From Enterobacterales bacterium (GTDB lineage Bacteria; Pseudomonadota; Gammaproteobacteria; Enterobacterales; GCA-002770795), in contig JBFFIY010000003.1 in assembly GCA_041556195.1 (NCBI GenBank), forward strand, positions 7,504 to 71,503: DNA of 64,000 nt, given 5' to 3'. Positions 51,210-61,953 of the stretch are shown here, in pieces; the stretch's first letter is position 1; the number at the start of each line of letters is the position of its first letter. Made by a program: the position numbers and the translations under genes. The notes under the pieces are model-generated. The model was not told where the DNA came from. It saw nothing but the letters and a program-made list of their open reading frames with translations, and ran no database searches.

Positions 51210-52448
51210 ATGGCAGAAAAACATTTATCTGAAGTTAAATTTTCAGAGCTGGGGTTAGAACCGCCTTTGCTACGCGCATTGGATGATTTGGGGTTTACCT
51301 ATTGTACGCCCATACAGGCTCAAGCCCTGCCACTGGCTCTTGGCGGTAAGAGTGTAGCTGGCCAGGCTCAAACAGGTACAGGTAAAACAGCTGCATTTTT
51401 GTTGGCTGTTTTAAATGACTTGTTAACCATTGAGCCTATAGAAGGTCGACGTGCGAATGAACCCCGGGCATTAATTTTGGCGCCAACCAGAGAATTAGTT
51501 ATGCAAATCTATGAAGATGCTCAGGTGCTAACAAAATATACGGATATTACTCTAGGCGTGGCTTTTGGCGGGGTGGATTATGACATTCAACAAAAAAAAT
51601 TAACTGCCGGCGTTGATATATTAATTGGTACAACAGGCCGTATAATTGATTTTTTCAAAAAAAGAGTTTTCGGATTAGATGCTATCGATATTATGGTGCT
51701 GGATGAAGCAGATAGAATGTTTGATCTTGGCTTTATCAAAGATATCCGTTATCTGTTTCGGCGTATGCCTCGGTCAGATGATCGTTTGAATATGTTATTT
51801 TCTGCCACCTTATCTCATAAGGTGATGGAGCTGGCTTATGAGCACATGAATGATCCCATCAAGGTGCAAGTTGATATCGAGAAAACTTCTGGGCGTATTG
51901 AAGAAACTTTGTTTTATCCCTCTCACAAAGAGATGATCCCTTTACTTTTGGCCTTAATCGAAAAACACCAACCAGAACGTGCGATAGTGTTTGTTAATAC
52001 CCGTCGCGAATCAGAAAAAGTTTGGGGTTATCTCGTAGGAAATGGTTTAGATGCAGGTTTATTAACGGGAGATGTGCCCCAAAAGAAGCGTTTACAGTTG
52101 CTCGGTAAGCTTAAAAGCGGTGAATTGCATATTCTGGTTGCCACTGATGTTGCCGCACGAGGATTGCATATTGAAGATGTGAGCCATATTTTTAACTATG
52201 ATTTGCCAGATGATGCTGAAGACTATGTCCATCGAATTGGCAGAACGGCAAGAGCAGGGGCATCGGGTGTTGCGATTAGTTTTGCGGGTGAGCATACCGC
52301 ATTGAATTTGCCAGCTATTGAAGACTACCTGGGTTATCCGATCCCAACAGCAACACTAAATGATATAGAGTTAATTTCTCCAAAACCGCCAAAGATCTTT
52401 TCCAGGCCTAGACCAAGGACGCCAACTCGTCCAAGAAGAGGCCGTTAA
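51210..52448 (+). CDS. rhlB: ATP-dependent RNA helicase RhlB
   Basis: DEAD-box motifs ([23 protein letters not shown]) and an Arg-rich C-terminal tail. Synteny trxA / rhlB-gppA. The start is at MAEKHLSE. Confidence 0.9.
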   Translation: MAEKHLSEVKFSELGLEPPLLRALDDLGFTYCTPIQAQALPLALGGKSVAGQAQTGTGKTAAFLLAVLNDLLTIEPIEGRRANEPRALILAPTRELVMQIYEDAQVLTKYTDITLGVAFGGVDYDIQQKKLTAGVDILIGTTGRIIDFFKKRVFGLDAIDIMVLDEADRMFDLGFIKDIRYLFRRMPRSDDRLNMLFSATLSHKVMELAYEHMNDPIKVQVDIEKTSGRIEETLFYPSHKEMIPLLLALIEKHQPERAIVFVNTRRESEKVWGYLVGNGLDAGLLTGDVPQKKRLQLLGKLKSGELHILVATDVAARGLHIEDVSHIFNYDLPDDAEDYVHRIGRTARAGASGVAISFAGEHTALNLPAIEDYLGYPIPTATLNDIELISPKPPKIFSRPRPRTPTRPRRGR

Positions 52449-52452
52449 ATCC

Positions 52453-54039
52453 TTGATAACTTCACCGGCTGAAATAGGCTCCGACAACCACAAACATCCG
52501 CATCGTTTTGCTGCCATTGATATGGGATCAAACAGTTTTCATTGTTTGGTTGAAGAGTATCAGTCAGGAGAAAAACAACAACTTTATTGCGCAAAGTCTC
52601 GAGTGCGCTTAATGGCTGGTTTTGATGCCAATGGACGATTATCAGAGGCTGTCATACAAAAAGCACTGACCATTTTGAGAGAATTTGCAGAAGAGTTAAC
52701 AAAATTTGGTCCGCTTCAACTTAGAGTGGTTGGAACCAAGGCATTACGACAGGCTATTAATAGTTCAGATTTTTTAACCCGAGTTCAAGGCATTTTAGGC
52801 GTGACTCCAGATGTGATTGATGGGCTTGAAGAAGCCCGATTAATCTATCAGGGGGTATCTACTACTATACCTGAAACAGTGACCAGTTTAGTGATTGATG
52901 TTGGTGGAGGCAGTACAGAATTTATTGTCGGTAAAGGTAGTTATCCTGAAATTTTAGACAGTCTTTCTCTGGGTTGCCTGGTTTACCAGCAACAATTTTT
53001 TCCTGAGGGTGAAATCTCAGAAGGTGCTTATGTCAAAGCCAGAACACAGGCGAGACTGGATATTTACGATATTCGTTCAACATTGTTGACAAGAAAACTG
53101 ACTAGAAAATGGCAGCAGGTGATTGGTTGTTCTGGTTGTTTTGAATCACTTTTTCAAATTCAGCAGGTATTGTTCTTAGAAAAAGGGTTCTTAGAAAAAG
53201 GGTACTCAGAAACGGAAGTTTTAACTATTTCAGGCATTAAATTGATTGAACAAAAATTACTGGAATTTAATTCCAGTCATGATATTCGAATAACTGGTTT
53301 AGATGATGAGCGGCGGTTACTACTGCCAGCAGCATTAGCTATTGTCAGTGCTTTGTTTGATTTGCTCAGCATTGAAGAGGTGCAGATCAGCAATGCTGCG
53401 CTCAAAGAGGGCATTATTGTTGATCTTCAGGACGAAAGAGAAGCAAACCTGCAAAGAGAGCAAGCTGTGTTAGGGTTGATGCAACAATATCGTGTTGATA
53501 AAGAACATGCTTACCGTGTTTTGACTTCAGTAAGTGATATCTGGTCGCAACTTTCTAATTATTGGACAATAGAGCCTCATAATTTATTGGTGTTATCCTG
53601 GGCTGCTTTGTTGCACGAAATTGGACTGTCTATTTCACCACATGATTACCATTTACATGGAAGTTATTTGATAGCGAATACAGAAATTCCAGGATTTACA
53701 CGAGGGCAACAGAGTTTATTAGCCTGTTTAATTGCCGGTCAAAAAGGTGTAGTGCCCACAGACTTGATCAATGAATTACCCGAAATACATCAAAATGATG
53801 CTGGATATTTGCTTCGAATATTGCGATTGGCAAAAATCATTAGAGCCAATCGTGAAATTTCCCCGCCAACCCGAATAGAAATTAAGGCAGAAGGCAGTGA
53901 GCTCCATCTTTCTATGCTGCCATCAACACATAAGGACGTTGAATTGTTATGGGCTGGTTTAATCAGAGAAATTGACTGGCAAAAACAAGCAGGTTATAGC
54001 ACTTCTTTGCAAGGAAACTTGCAACTGACCAATTTTTAA
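52453..54039 (+). CDS. gppA: Ppx/GppA family phosphatase (guanosine pentaphosphate phosphohydrolase by synteny)
   Basis: ASKHA-fold motifs (AAIDMGSNSFH, DVGGGSTE). Its position directly after rhlB matches enteric/vibrio genomes. The start codon is uncertain (TTG in the track). Confidence 0.75.
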   Translation: MITSPAEIGSDNHKHPHRFAAIDMGSNSFHCLVEEYQSGEKQQLYCAKSRVRLMAGFDANGRLSEAVIQKALTILREFAEELTKFGPLQLRVVGTKALRQAINSSDFLTRVQGILGVTPDVIDGLEEARLIYQGVSTTIPETVTSLVIDVGGGSTEFIVGKGSYPEILDSLSLGCLVYQQQFFPEGEISEGAYVKARTQARLDIYDIRSTLLTRKLTRKWQQVIGCSGCFESLFQIQQVLFLEKGFLEKGYSETEVLTISGIKLIEQKLLEFNSSHDIRITGLDDERRLLLPAALAIVSALFDLLSIEEVQISNAALKEGIIVDLQDEREANLQREQAVLGLMQQYRVDKEHAYRVLTSVSDIWSQLSNYWTIEPHNLLVLSWAALLHEIGLSISPHDYHLHGSYLIANTEIPGFTRGQQSLLACLIAGQKGVVPTDLINELPEIHQNDAGYLLRILRLAKIIRANREISPPTRIEIKAEGSELHLSMLPSTHKDVELLWAGLIREIDWQKQAGYSTSLQGNLQLTNF

Positions 54040-54095
54040 CCAATAATGTAGATTCAAACCATCTGGAAATATGTATTTCTGCGTAGTTTAGCTAA

Positions 54096-54320
54096 CCTCT
54101 GCTCGGGATAAGACAGGTTAATTAATTATATTTAAATGTTAAATTTCAATAAGTTACAGTTATTTGTGCTTTGCACAGGTAAACAAGTAGGCTCAATGCT
54201 GGGATTTTTGTGCCTAGCAAGGCTAGTTCGCGAACAAATAGCGTGCTATTTTGAGCGAACTTAACGCAGAAAGGCGCAAAAATCACTGTATTGAGCGGCC
54301 TGGCTTATCCCGAGCTGAGG
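54096..54320. repeat. long hairpin-forming intergenic element, family 2
   Basis: The 22-bp terminal inverted repeats are cctctgctcgggataagacagg / cctggcttatcccgagctgagg. They enclose an inner imperfect hairpin of about 105 nt (54191..54296) centred on aatagcGtgctatt. Confidence 0.75.
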
Positions 54321-54487
54321 TTTGCTATGTGATTCATGTAACTCAGGTTAGGTAAATGGAACCAGGTTGGATAGCCCGGTTGAATAATAGTGCTCCTATC
54401 CCCATATAGGCTGCGTGTACAAGTCATTCAGGTTTAAAACCGGAACTTAGACTGATAGTAATTGAGATTTTCCCTAAGGTAGATTAA

Positions 54488-55516
54488 TTGATGGAAGTTA
54501 TAAACTCTCTTCAGAAAACCGACGGTTCAAATAAGGATGTATCCAACTTCCAGCAGAACTCCAATTCCCAACATAAATTGATGCCGGATATTGCCAGTAA
54601 ACACAGATCTCATAATAGTACCGTACTCGACTGGGTAGGTATGAGCGAAATTGAAATGCCTGTGGTGGTAGAAGGTCCACACCAAAGAGATCTACAGGTA
54701 AGCGCAAAGGTACAGGCGTTTGTGAATTTGATTGATCCTGATGCAAAAGGTATACACATGTCCCGGCTCTATTTGAGTCTTGATGAAGTGTTAGGTGATC
54801 ACCGTTTAAATGGAGCCTCACTAACAAAATTATTGAAGTCCTTCGCCAGTTCACATGATGAATTAAGTAATCAAGCTTATGTTGAGTTTACTTTTGATTA
54901 TCTGGTACGTAGAGCGGCATTAAAAACTGATTACGCTGGCTGGAAAGGTTATCCTGTAAAAGTTGCAGCTACACTTGAAGATAATCAAGTCGTAGTAGAA
55001 CTCAGTGTGAGTATACCTTATTCCTCAACTTGCCCCTGTTCAGCAGCTCTGGCTCGCCAACTTATTCAACAACAATTTAGTAAAGATTTTTCTTCTGAGA
55101 AAAAACTTGATGTGGATACTGTCGTGGAATGGCTTGGTTCAGAAAAAAGTATTTTGGCAACACCTCACAGCCAGAGAAGTTATGCTCAAATTAAGGTGAG
55201 TTTGGGTCAATGGAAAGATGAAATTCCAGTATTAGCTCTAATTGATAGAGTTGAATCTGTTTTAAAAACCGTGGTTCAAACTGTGGTAAAACGAGCCGAT
55301 GAACAAGAATTTGCCCTGTTAAATGGTCAGAATCTAATGTTTGTGGAAGATGCCGCCCGCAAAATTAAAGCCGTTATGGAACAAGTACCAGAATATACCG
55401 ATTTTTGGGTTCGGGTGAATCATCTTGAAAGCCTGCATGCCCATGATGCGATCGCTATAGCAGCAAAAGGCGTCGATAAGGGTTATCTACCTTTACCGGA
55501 AAGACAGTCGATTTGA
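54488..55516 (+). CDS. folE2: GTP cyclohydrolase I type 2 (FolE2/MptA family)
   Basis: Motifs KGIHMSRLY, SSTCPCS, HSQRS and ESLHAHDA fit FolE2. An N-terminal Asn/Gln/Ser-rich extension precedes the conserved core. Confidence 0.8.
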   Translation: MMEVINSLQKTDGSNKDVSNFQQNSNSQHKLMPDIASKHRSHNSTVLDWVGMSEIEMPVVVEGPHQRDLQVSAKVQAFVNLIDPDAKGIHMSRLYLSLDEVLGDHRLNGASLTKLLKSFASSHDELSNQAYVEFTFDYLVRRAALKTDYAGWKGYPVKVAATLEDNQVVVELSVSIPYSSTCPCSAALARQLIQQQFSKDFSSEKKLDVDTVVEWLGSEKSILATPHSQRSYAQIKVSLGQWKDEIPVLALIDRVESVLKTVVQTVVKRADEQEFALLNGQNLMFVEDAARKIKAVMEQVPEYTDFWVRVNHLESLHAHDAIAIAAKGVDKGYLPLPERQSI

Positions 55517-55558
55517 GATGTACCCAAGCATACCAATCTAACCAATAGGACTGGGCAA

Positions 55559-56395
55559 ATGAAAAGTGAAACCGATCTGGATCGATTTATAGATTTTGGT
55601 GGTGAAGGAGCAACTATCCATTTTTCTCATGCAAATGGTTTTCATCCTCAAAGCTATCGCAAACTGATAGATTTGTTGTTACCTGACTATAGTGTAATTG
55701 CAAGTTTACATCGACCCATTTGGAATTCCAGGGAAAAAATGGAACAGGTTTCAAGTTGGCATGTTTTTGTAGAGGATCTGATTTTATTTCTGGATTCAAA
55801 AACCAATGAAAAAGTGCATGGCGTGGGTCATTCTTTAGGCGCAGTTGTTACCTTATTGGCAGCTATTAAAAGACCTGATTTATTTAAGTCTGTGACACTC
55901 ATTGATCCTGTCTTTTTGCCTCAGCATATTTTGCTACTTTTCAATACATTGCCCTTGTTTCTTAAAAAGAAAGTTCCTATCATAAAAAAAGCTTTATTAC
56001 GGCCAGATCTCTGGGATAGTAAAGATGATGCATTTGAATTTCATCGCAAAAAGCATGTTTTTAAAGACGTAACGGATGATGTGCTTTGGGATTATATTAA
56101 TTCTGGAATCAAGGAAAATGAAGAAAAAAAGTTTACCTTAAGCTATAGCAAGCAATGGGAAGTCCATTGTTATTTATTAATACCCAATGTGTGGTCATTG
56201 ATAGCCAAATGCACTGTTCCGGTGTTCGGTATAAAAGGTGGGCATTCTAATGTGCTTTTACCTTCTGCATGGCAACGCTGGAAAAAACTATCACCCTCAC
56301 ACCAGCTTTTTGAAGTGGCAGACAGCGGCCACCTGTTGCCTTTAGAAAAACCTGAAGCTGTGAGTGATTTGATTAAGGAGTTGGTTGTCACTTGA
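55559..56395 (+). CDS. alpha/beta hydrolase
   Basis: 278 aa. Nucleophile elbow GHSLGA. C-terminal DSGHLLPLEKPE (His of the triad). Confidence 0.75.
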   Translation: MKSETDLDRFIDFGGEGATIHFSHANGFHPQSYRKLIDLLLPDYSVIASLHRPIWNSREKMEQVSSWHVFVEDLILFLDSKTNEKVHGVGHSLGAVVTLLAAIKRPDLFKSVTLIDPVFLPQHILLLFNTLPLFLKKKVPIIKKALLRPDLWDSKDDAFEFHRKKHVFKDVTDDVLWDYINSGIKENEEKKFTLSYSKQWEVHCYLLIPNVWSLIAKCTVPVFGIKGGHSNVLLPSAWQRWKKLSPSHQLFEVADSGHLLPLEKPEAVSDLIKELVVT

Positions 56396-56629
56396 ACCTA
56401 GAATCATCAGTTGAATCACAAAAATCTGCGCAAACCCTTGGTGCACCTGGAAAACTGATAAATGCGCTCATCACCAATCAGGTGACTACGGCATTTCTAA
56501 GTTTCCTATGCACACCAATTGCTTACACATCTTTTCGCGCCCAACTGATGATTCCAGGTTGAATTAATGAAATAAATTAATCTGAGATCGTAAGAAGTTT
56601 GATGATCCGACAGTGGTTTCCAGAGTTAT

Positions 56630-59344
56630 TCAAATCCCCTCAAAATCAACCGAAACCACCTTGTATTCAGGACATAGAGTTTCTTCATCATGTTCGTCAC
56701 TGGTGACATTATTCACCATAAATTCTGGAAAGTGGAAGGTGGTGAACAGGATCCCCGGTTTGACCTTTTTACTGAGTTGCACCTTAAGTTCAACTTCGCC
56801 TCTGGCTGAGAAAAGCCTCACTTGTCCGTTATCCTGGATCTGCTTGCGTTTGGCATCTTTTGGGTGAACCAGTAAAACATCTTCAGAGACTATTTTTTCA
56901 TTGCTGGTTCTGCGTGTCATGGTGCCAGCGTTGTAGTGCACCAGATCGCGGCTGGTGGTTAAAATGAAAGGATATTGTTGTTGGTTGTTTTGGAGTTCTT
57001 GAGTTTCTTCAAAGGGATAAAAATGGAAGTTGCCCAACCCACGTTTAAAGGTTTCCGTGTGTAGAATTTGGGTATCTGTACCATCGGCATTCACTGGCCA
57101 TTGTTTACCATTGTCCCCCAGTTCATCCCATTTGATGCCTGCAAAAAAAGGTACTACCTGAGATATTTCTTCCAGTACCGTCGCTGCATCATAATCCGCT
57201 TGAGCAAATCCCAGTTTATTGATCATGTCGACGATAATTTGTCCGTCTGTTTTACAACCTTTGTGGGGTGGAACAGCCGCTTGTACCCGTTGTACTCGGC
57301 GCTCGCCATTGGTGAAGGTGCCGCTTTTTTCCAGAAAGGAGCTGCCGGGCAGGATCACATCGGCCATTTTTGCGGTTTCAGAAAGAAAAATTTCCTGTAC
57401 CACTAAAAATTCCAGATTAGCCAGACTTGCCACCACATGTTGATGATTAGGATCGGTTTGTACCATGTCTTCTCCCAGCACCCACATGGCTTTTAGTTGC
57501 CCAGCTTTTGCTGCTTCAAACATTTCCGGGATTTTTAAGCCAATGTCAGATGGGAGCGGTACACCATATTTTTGTTGATAATATTGCTGATTTTGTTGCA
57601 CATTAACAGGCAAATATCCCGCACCCTGATGTGGCTGACAACCCATATCAGCCGCTCCCTGTACATTGTTTTGACCACGAAGCGGATTAACCCCAACCCC
57701 TTCTCTACCAATATTGCCGGTGAGCATGGCTAAATTAGCAATACTCATCACTGTTTTGCTGCCTTGTGAATGTTCGGTAACACCTAGTCCGTGAAAGCTC
57801 ATGGCTTTATTGGCTTTGGCATAGGCAAGAGCGGCATTTTTAACCAGTTCTCTATCGACGCCACTAACCTCTGACTGTTTTTCTATATCGAGAGCCAAAA
57901 TAGCTTGTTGGTAATCATCAAATGCTTCACAGCGATTTTTAACAAATTCCTCATCAACTAAACCAGCGTCCACAATAAAATAAGCCATCATATTAAGTAC
58001 AGCGAGATTGGTTCCCGGTCTTAGTTGTAAGTGCCAGCTGGCATGACGAGCCAATTCGGTTTCAATTGGATCAATGACGATCAAGGGTATGCCTTTCATT
58101 GCTCTTTGTTTAATTTTTGCTCCAGTGACAGGATGAGCAGAGGTAGGGTTAGCCCCAATAACCAGAATGCATTCGGTTAGTTTTAAATCCTCTATGGAAT
58201 TGGTGGCTGCACCTGTGCCAAAACTTTGTTGCATGCCATAAGCCGTGGGAGAGTGGCAAACACGGGCACAGCAATCAATGTTATTGGTGCCTATGGCCAC
58301 TCTGAGCATTTTTTGCATTAAATAATTTTCTTCATTGGTACAGCGGGAAGATGAAATTCCAGCAATGGCGTTAGCACCAAAATCAGTGGCAACTTGTTTA
58401 AATTTAGAGGCAATTAAATCATAGACTTCATCCCAACCGGCCTCTACAAACTGGCCATTCTTTTTAATTAGTGGTGAATTTAATCGATCTGGATGATTAT
58501 AAAAACGCCAGGCATAACGGCCCTTTAAACAGGTATGTCCGGCATTAACGGCGGCATCGATCGGTGCCTGAATGGATAGAATTTGTTCATTTTTAACTGA
58601 CACTTCGAGATTGCAACCTACACCACAGTAAGAGCAAACTGTTCGGATTTTATCCGTTGCCTGAATGGATTTGGACTGAAATACGTCTGAAATTGCGGCT
58701 GTAGGACAGGTTTGAGCACAGGCACCACAGGAGACACAGAGTGATTCATTAAAACTGACATTCTGTCCCATGCTAATGCGAGAATCAAAACCACGACCTG
58801 TCACATCGAGTACAAATTCTCCTTGAATTTCATCGCAGGCACGTACACAGCGATAGCAATTAATGCATTTTGAAAGATCCGCTCGCATATAAGGATGTGA
58901 GACATCTTTGGCTATTTCCAAATGATTTTGACCTGCGGCATAACGCACCTCCCTGATCCCAACATCTGCAGCGACATCTTGAAGTTGGCAGTTGCCATTT
59001 GACTCACAGGTAAGACAATCAAGAGGATGATCGGTTAGCACCAGCTCCACAATATTTTTACGCAATTTTTGAATGCGGGATGAGTCAGTATAAATATGCA
59101 TACCGCTGGTGATGGGGGTATGACAAGAAGCCATGGTTTTACGGGAGCCGTCTATGGACAGTGCCACATCGACCGAACATACCCGGCAGGAGCCAAAAGT
59201 TTCCAGGCGCGGATCATCACAAAGTGTTGGAATGGATACTTTATGTCGGCGGCATAACTCTAAAATGGTTTCATTTGCCTGAAACTCATAAGCTGTATCA
59301 TTGATGTAGGCGGTGCCTTCAATATGAGGAAAAATCTGGCTCAT
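56630..59344 (-). CDS. formate dehydrogenase alpha subunit, NAD-linked (FdsA/FdhF-like), Cys-type
   Basis: 904 aa. N-terminal 2Fe-2S and 4Fe-4S Cys clusters and a molybdopterin oxidoreductase domain. The active-site context CARVCHSPT has Cys rather than an in-frame TGA. Confidence 0.9.
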   Translation of the reverse strand: MSQIFPHIEGTAYINDTAYEFQANETILELCRRHKVSIPTLCDDPRLETFGSCRVCSVDVALSIDGSRKTMASCHTPITSGMHIYTDSSRIQKLRKNIVELVLTDHPLDCLTCESNGNCQLQDVAADVGIREVRYAAGQNHLEIAKDVSHPYMRADLSKCINCYRCVRACDEIQGEFVLDVTGRGFDSRISMGQNVSFNESLCVSCGACAQTCPTAAISDVFQSKSIQATDKIRTVCSYCGVGCNLEVSVKNEQILSIQAPIDAAVNAGHTCLKGRYAWRFYNHPDRLNSPLIKKNGQFVEAGWDEVYDLIASKFKQVATDFGANAIAGISSSRCTNEENYLMQKMLRVAIGTNNIDCCARVCHSPTAYGMQQSFGTGAATNSIEDLKLTECILVIGANPTSAHPVTGAKIKQRAMKGIPLIVIDPIETELARHASWHLQLRPGTNLAVLNMMAYFIVDAGLVDEEFVKNRCEAFDDYQQAILALDIEKQSEVSGVDRELVKNAALAYAKANKAMSFHGLGVTEHSQGSKTVMSIANLAMLTGNIGREGVGVNPLRGQNNVQGAADMGCQPHQGAGYLPVNVQQNQQYYQQKYGVPLPSDIGLKIPEMFEAAKAGQLKAMWVLGEDMVQTDPNHQHVVASLANLEFLVVQEIFLSETAKMADVILPGSSFLEKSGTFTNGERRVQRVQAAVPPHKGCKTDGQIIVDMINKLGFAQADYDAATVLEEISQVVPFFAGIKWDELGDNGKQWPVNADGTDTQILHTETFKRGLGNFHFYPFEETQELQNNQQQYPFILTTSRDLVHYNAGTMTRRTSNEKIVSEDVLLVHPKDAKRKQIQDNGQVRLFSARGEVELKVQLSKKVKPGILFTTFHFPEFMVNNVTSDEHDEETLCPEYKVVSVDFEGI

Positions 59345-60999
59345 TAGCGGTTCTCCTCTTCAAAAAAGGGTGTTAGTTCGTCTTCAAACCACTGTAAGGC
59401 GTTTTTAATGGGAAGTGGAATACCTCCTCCAAGGGCGCAAAGAGAACCAAGTTCCAGGGTTTCCAGTAAATCTTCTAATAACGAGCGATTAATTTTACTT
59501 TGTTTTGTGATGGCATTATTTAACATTTCCTGACCGCGTGTGGCGCCCAAACGACAAGGAAAACATTTACCACAGGATTCCGTAGCAGTAAATTCAAAGA
59601 GATGATGCAGGTAATTAATTAATGGCATGGAGTCTGGGATCCCTACGATACCTGCGTGACCTAATAAAAAGCCCTGTTCGGCAAAACTTTCAAAATCCAC
59701 CGTCAAATCGAAAATTTTTGATAAAGGCACTAAACCGCCCAAAGGTCCGCCGATCTGAAGTGCTTTTATTGATTTTGAAAAACCACCACCGAACTCTTCT
59801 ACAACTGTTTTTAAAGGCGTTCCCATCGCAATTTCTACCACACCGGGCTGATTGAAACTGCTATCGAGAGAGAGCAGCTTACTGCCGCTGGATTTTTCAG
59901 TGCCCACTGCTTTAAAGGCTTCAGCGCCATTTTCTAAAATCCAATGTAAAGAGGCAAAGGTTTCAACATTATTAATTATGGTTGGCTGATTAAATAATCC
60001 TTGTTGGGTAGGAAAGGGTGGACGTACTGAGACTATAGGTCGTTGTCCTTCTATGGATCTTAGTAAAGCGGTTTCTTCGCCGCAAATATAGGCACCCGCA
60101 CCGCGAATAATTTTAAATTTAAAGGATAATTTTTCTAATATTCCAGTTGTTCGGAGCTGTGAAATAGCTTGTTCACACGCATTAATAGATTCCGGGTATT
60201 CGTCACGAATATAAAGCACCCCCCATTTGGATTCAGTAAGCCAGGCGGCTACTAGCATACCAAATAATATGTGGTGAGGATTTTGCTCTAACAGATACCG
60301 ATCCGTAAAAGCACCGGGATCGCCTTCATCAGCATTGCACACAATATATTTTTCTGCACTGTCCTCATTCGCGCAGGCTTTCCACTTAAAAGCCGTGGGA
60401 AAACCCGCTCCGCCCCGTCCACGTAATCCTGAATCGGTGAGTGTTTGGAAAACTTGCTCTGTTGAATGTTGTTCAATAAGTTGCGTAAGGAGCTGGTAGT
60501 AGGCACTGATACCTTTGATTTCTTCTGTCAAAATGGGTTTAGTCAGGGAACATCTAACAGCGAGATTTTCAGAGGATGGGAAATTAGTTTCTTGCATGAT
60601 GTTATCAAGCTGGTTGATGTCGTTGCCAGAATAATTGATCCCTGCTATTTGAAAAGCAGCATTCTCATGGCAACGACCCAAACAGGTAACATGGCCAATA
60701 TGATTTTTACCAAAAGCACTTTCTAATGTCTGGGAAACAGCTGTTTGGCTGCCTGCACAGAGGCAAGCTGAACCATTGCAGACGTAGGCTTTTTTATTAG
60801 CATTATCACCTTCAATAAAATCGTAAAATGAAGCTGTGCCATGAACCGTGGCTTCTCCCACCAAAAACGATTTGGCCAATGCGAGTTTTTCTGCTTTATT
60901 GTCCGAAGGTTCAGCAGTAGCTCCTAACTCCACAATTGATTCAAATAAATTGTTATCCAGACCCTTTCGAGATGATAGGTGGCTGATATTTTTTGACAT
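59344..60999 (-). CDS. formate dehydrogenase beta subunit (fused NuoE-like/NuoF-like NAD- and FMN-binding subunit)
   Basis: 551 aa. NuoF-type GLRGRGGAGFPT and CGKCFPCR motifs. The N-terminal thioredoxin-like 2Fe-2S region resembles NuoE. Confidence 0.85.
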   Translation of the reverse strand: MSKNISHLSSRKGLDNNLFESIVELGATAEPSDNKAEKLALAKSFLVGEATVHGTASFYDFIEGDNANKKAYVCNGSACLCAGSQTAVSQTLESAFGKNHIGHVTCLGRCHENAAFQIAGINYSGNDINQLDNIMQETNFPSSENLAVRCSLTKPILTEEIKGISAYYQLLTQLIEQHSTEQVFQTLTDSGLRGRGGAGFPTAFKWKACANEDSAEKYIVCNADEGDPGAFTDRYLLEQNPHHILFGMLVAAWLTESKWGVLYIRDEYPESINACEQAISQLRTTGILEKLSFKFKIIRGAGAYICGEETALLRSIEGQRPIVSVRPPFPTQQGLFNQPTIINNVETFASLHWILENGAEAFKAVGTEKSSGSKLLSLDSSFNQPGVVEIAMGTPLKTVVEEFGGGFSKSIKALQIGGPLGGLVPLSKIFDLTVDFESFAEQGFLLGHAGIVGIPDSMPLINYLHHLFEFTATESCGKCFPCRLGATRGQEMLNNAITKQSKINRSLLEDLLETLELGSLCALGGGIPLPIKNALQWFEDELTPFFEEENR

Positions 61000-61029
61000 T
61001 TTTTATGTCCTTACATGGGTGATGCTAGT

Positions 61030-61953
61030 TTAGGGTGTCACGGGCATTAGACGCCATTCACCTGAATATAGGTTAAAGGAATTCTTTTTTAAAAAACCAA
61101 TGAGCGTTAAATCAAAACGCTCTGCTGCTGTAATAGCTAAAGAAGATGGTGCGCCCACAGCTAACATAACAGCATACCCTCCCATTATCGCCTTTTGAAC
61201 CAATTCAAAACTGGCTCGACCACTAACAACGATTATTTTATCCTGTGAATTATTGCCTTTGCATAACTCCAGACCTATGGCTTTATCCAGGGCATTATGT
61301 CGACCAACATCTTCAGCAATGCTCGATAAATTTCCATCAATATCGAAAATACCCGCCGCATGAATACCACCAGTTTGCGAGAAGAGCTGCTGATTTTGTC
61401 TGAGCTTTTCTGGCAACTCTGTTAAGAGAGCTGGATTGATTGGGTGAGTTGGTGGGAATTGCGAAGTAGGTTGATTGAGTTCTAGTGCTTTTAATGAAGT
61501 TTTACCACAAATACCGCAACTACTATGACTTATGAAATTACGTGATAGAGCTTCAAGCCTGTTTTGTGGCAATTTATTGAGTAGCAGATGAAGTTGATTT
61601 CCCTCATTTAAAGAGCCTGGCTCAGTATCTACAAACTGCACATCATTTATAGCCTGAATAATTCCCTCGGCTCTGAGTAAACCAATAGCAAGAGCTTTAT
61701 CCTGATCTGGTGTTCTCATGGTAATGGTTAATATCTGATGGTTGTTTTGGTTGTTATCATGGGGTTTTAGGTCAGAAACCGGCCAGTAAAGATGTAGCTG
61801 TAAGGGTTCTTCAACCGCTATTTTATCTCTTTGTGGTTCACGTATGAATTCACCACTAACTAAGACATACCGTGCTTTATCGACGGTTCTGGAAGGGCTT
61901 GCACTCATAGCCTGCGAGGTATTGGATTCATCCATAGCGGAGTAAACGTTCAT
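61030..61953 (-). CDS. fdhD: formate dehydrogenase accessory sulfurtransferase FdhD
   Basis: 307 aa. SSCGICG motif and the C-terminal VSGRASFELVQKA pattern of FdhD. Located upstream of the FDH subunit genes. Confidence 0.85.
   Translation of the reverse strand: MNVYSAMDESNTSQAMSASPSRTVDKARYVLVSGEFIREPQRDKIAVEEPLQLHLYWPVSDLKPHDNNQNNHQILTITMRTPDQDKALAIGLLRAEGIIQAINDVQFVDTEPGSLNEGNQLHLLLNKLPQNRLEALSRNFISHSSCGICGKTSLKALELNQPTSQFPPTHPINPALLTELPEKLRQNQQLFSQTGGIHAAGIFDIDGNLSSIAEDVGRHNALDKAIGLELCKGNNSQDKIIVVSGRASFELVQKAIMGGYAVMLAVGAPSSLAITAAERFDLTLIGFLKKNSFNLYSGEWRLMPVTP

Noticed and set aside
54118-54190. A Zur box (aaatgttaaatttcaataagtt) upstream of folE2.
   Set aside because: It is AT-rich but not convincingly palindromic and matches the GTAATGTTATATCATAACATTAC-type consensus poorly. 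It also lies inside the hairpin element.
56630-59344. Selenocysteine in the formate dehydrogenase alpha subunit.
   Set aside because: The ORF is uninterrupted and the active-site context reads CARVCHS with a Cys codon, so this is a Cys-type enzyme.
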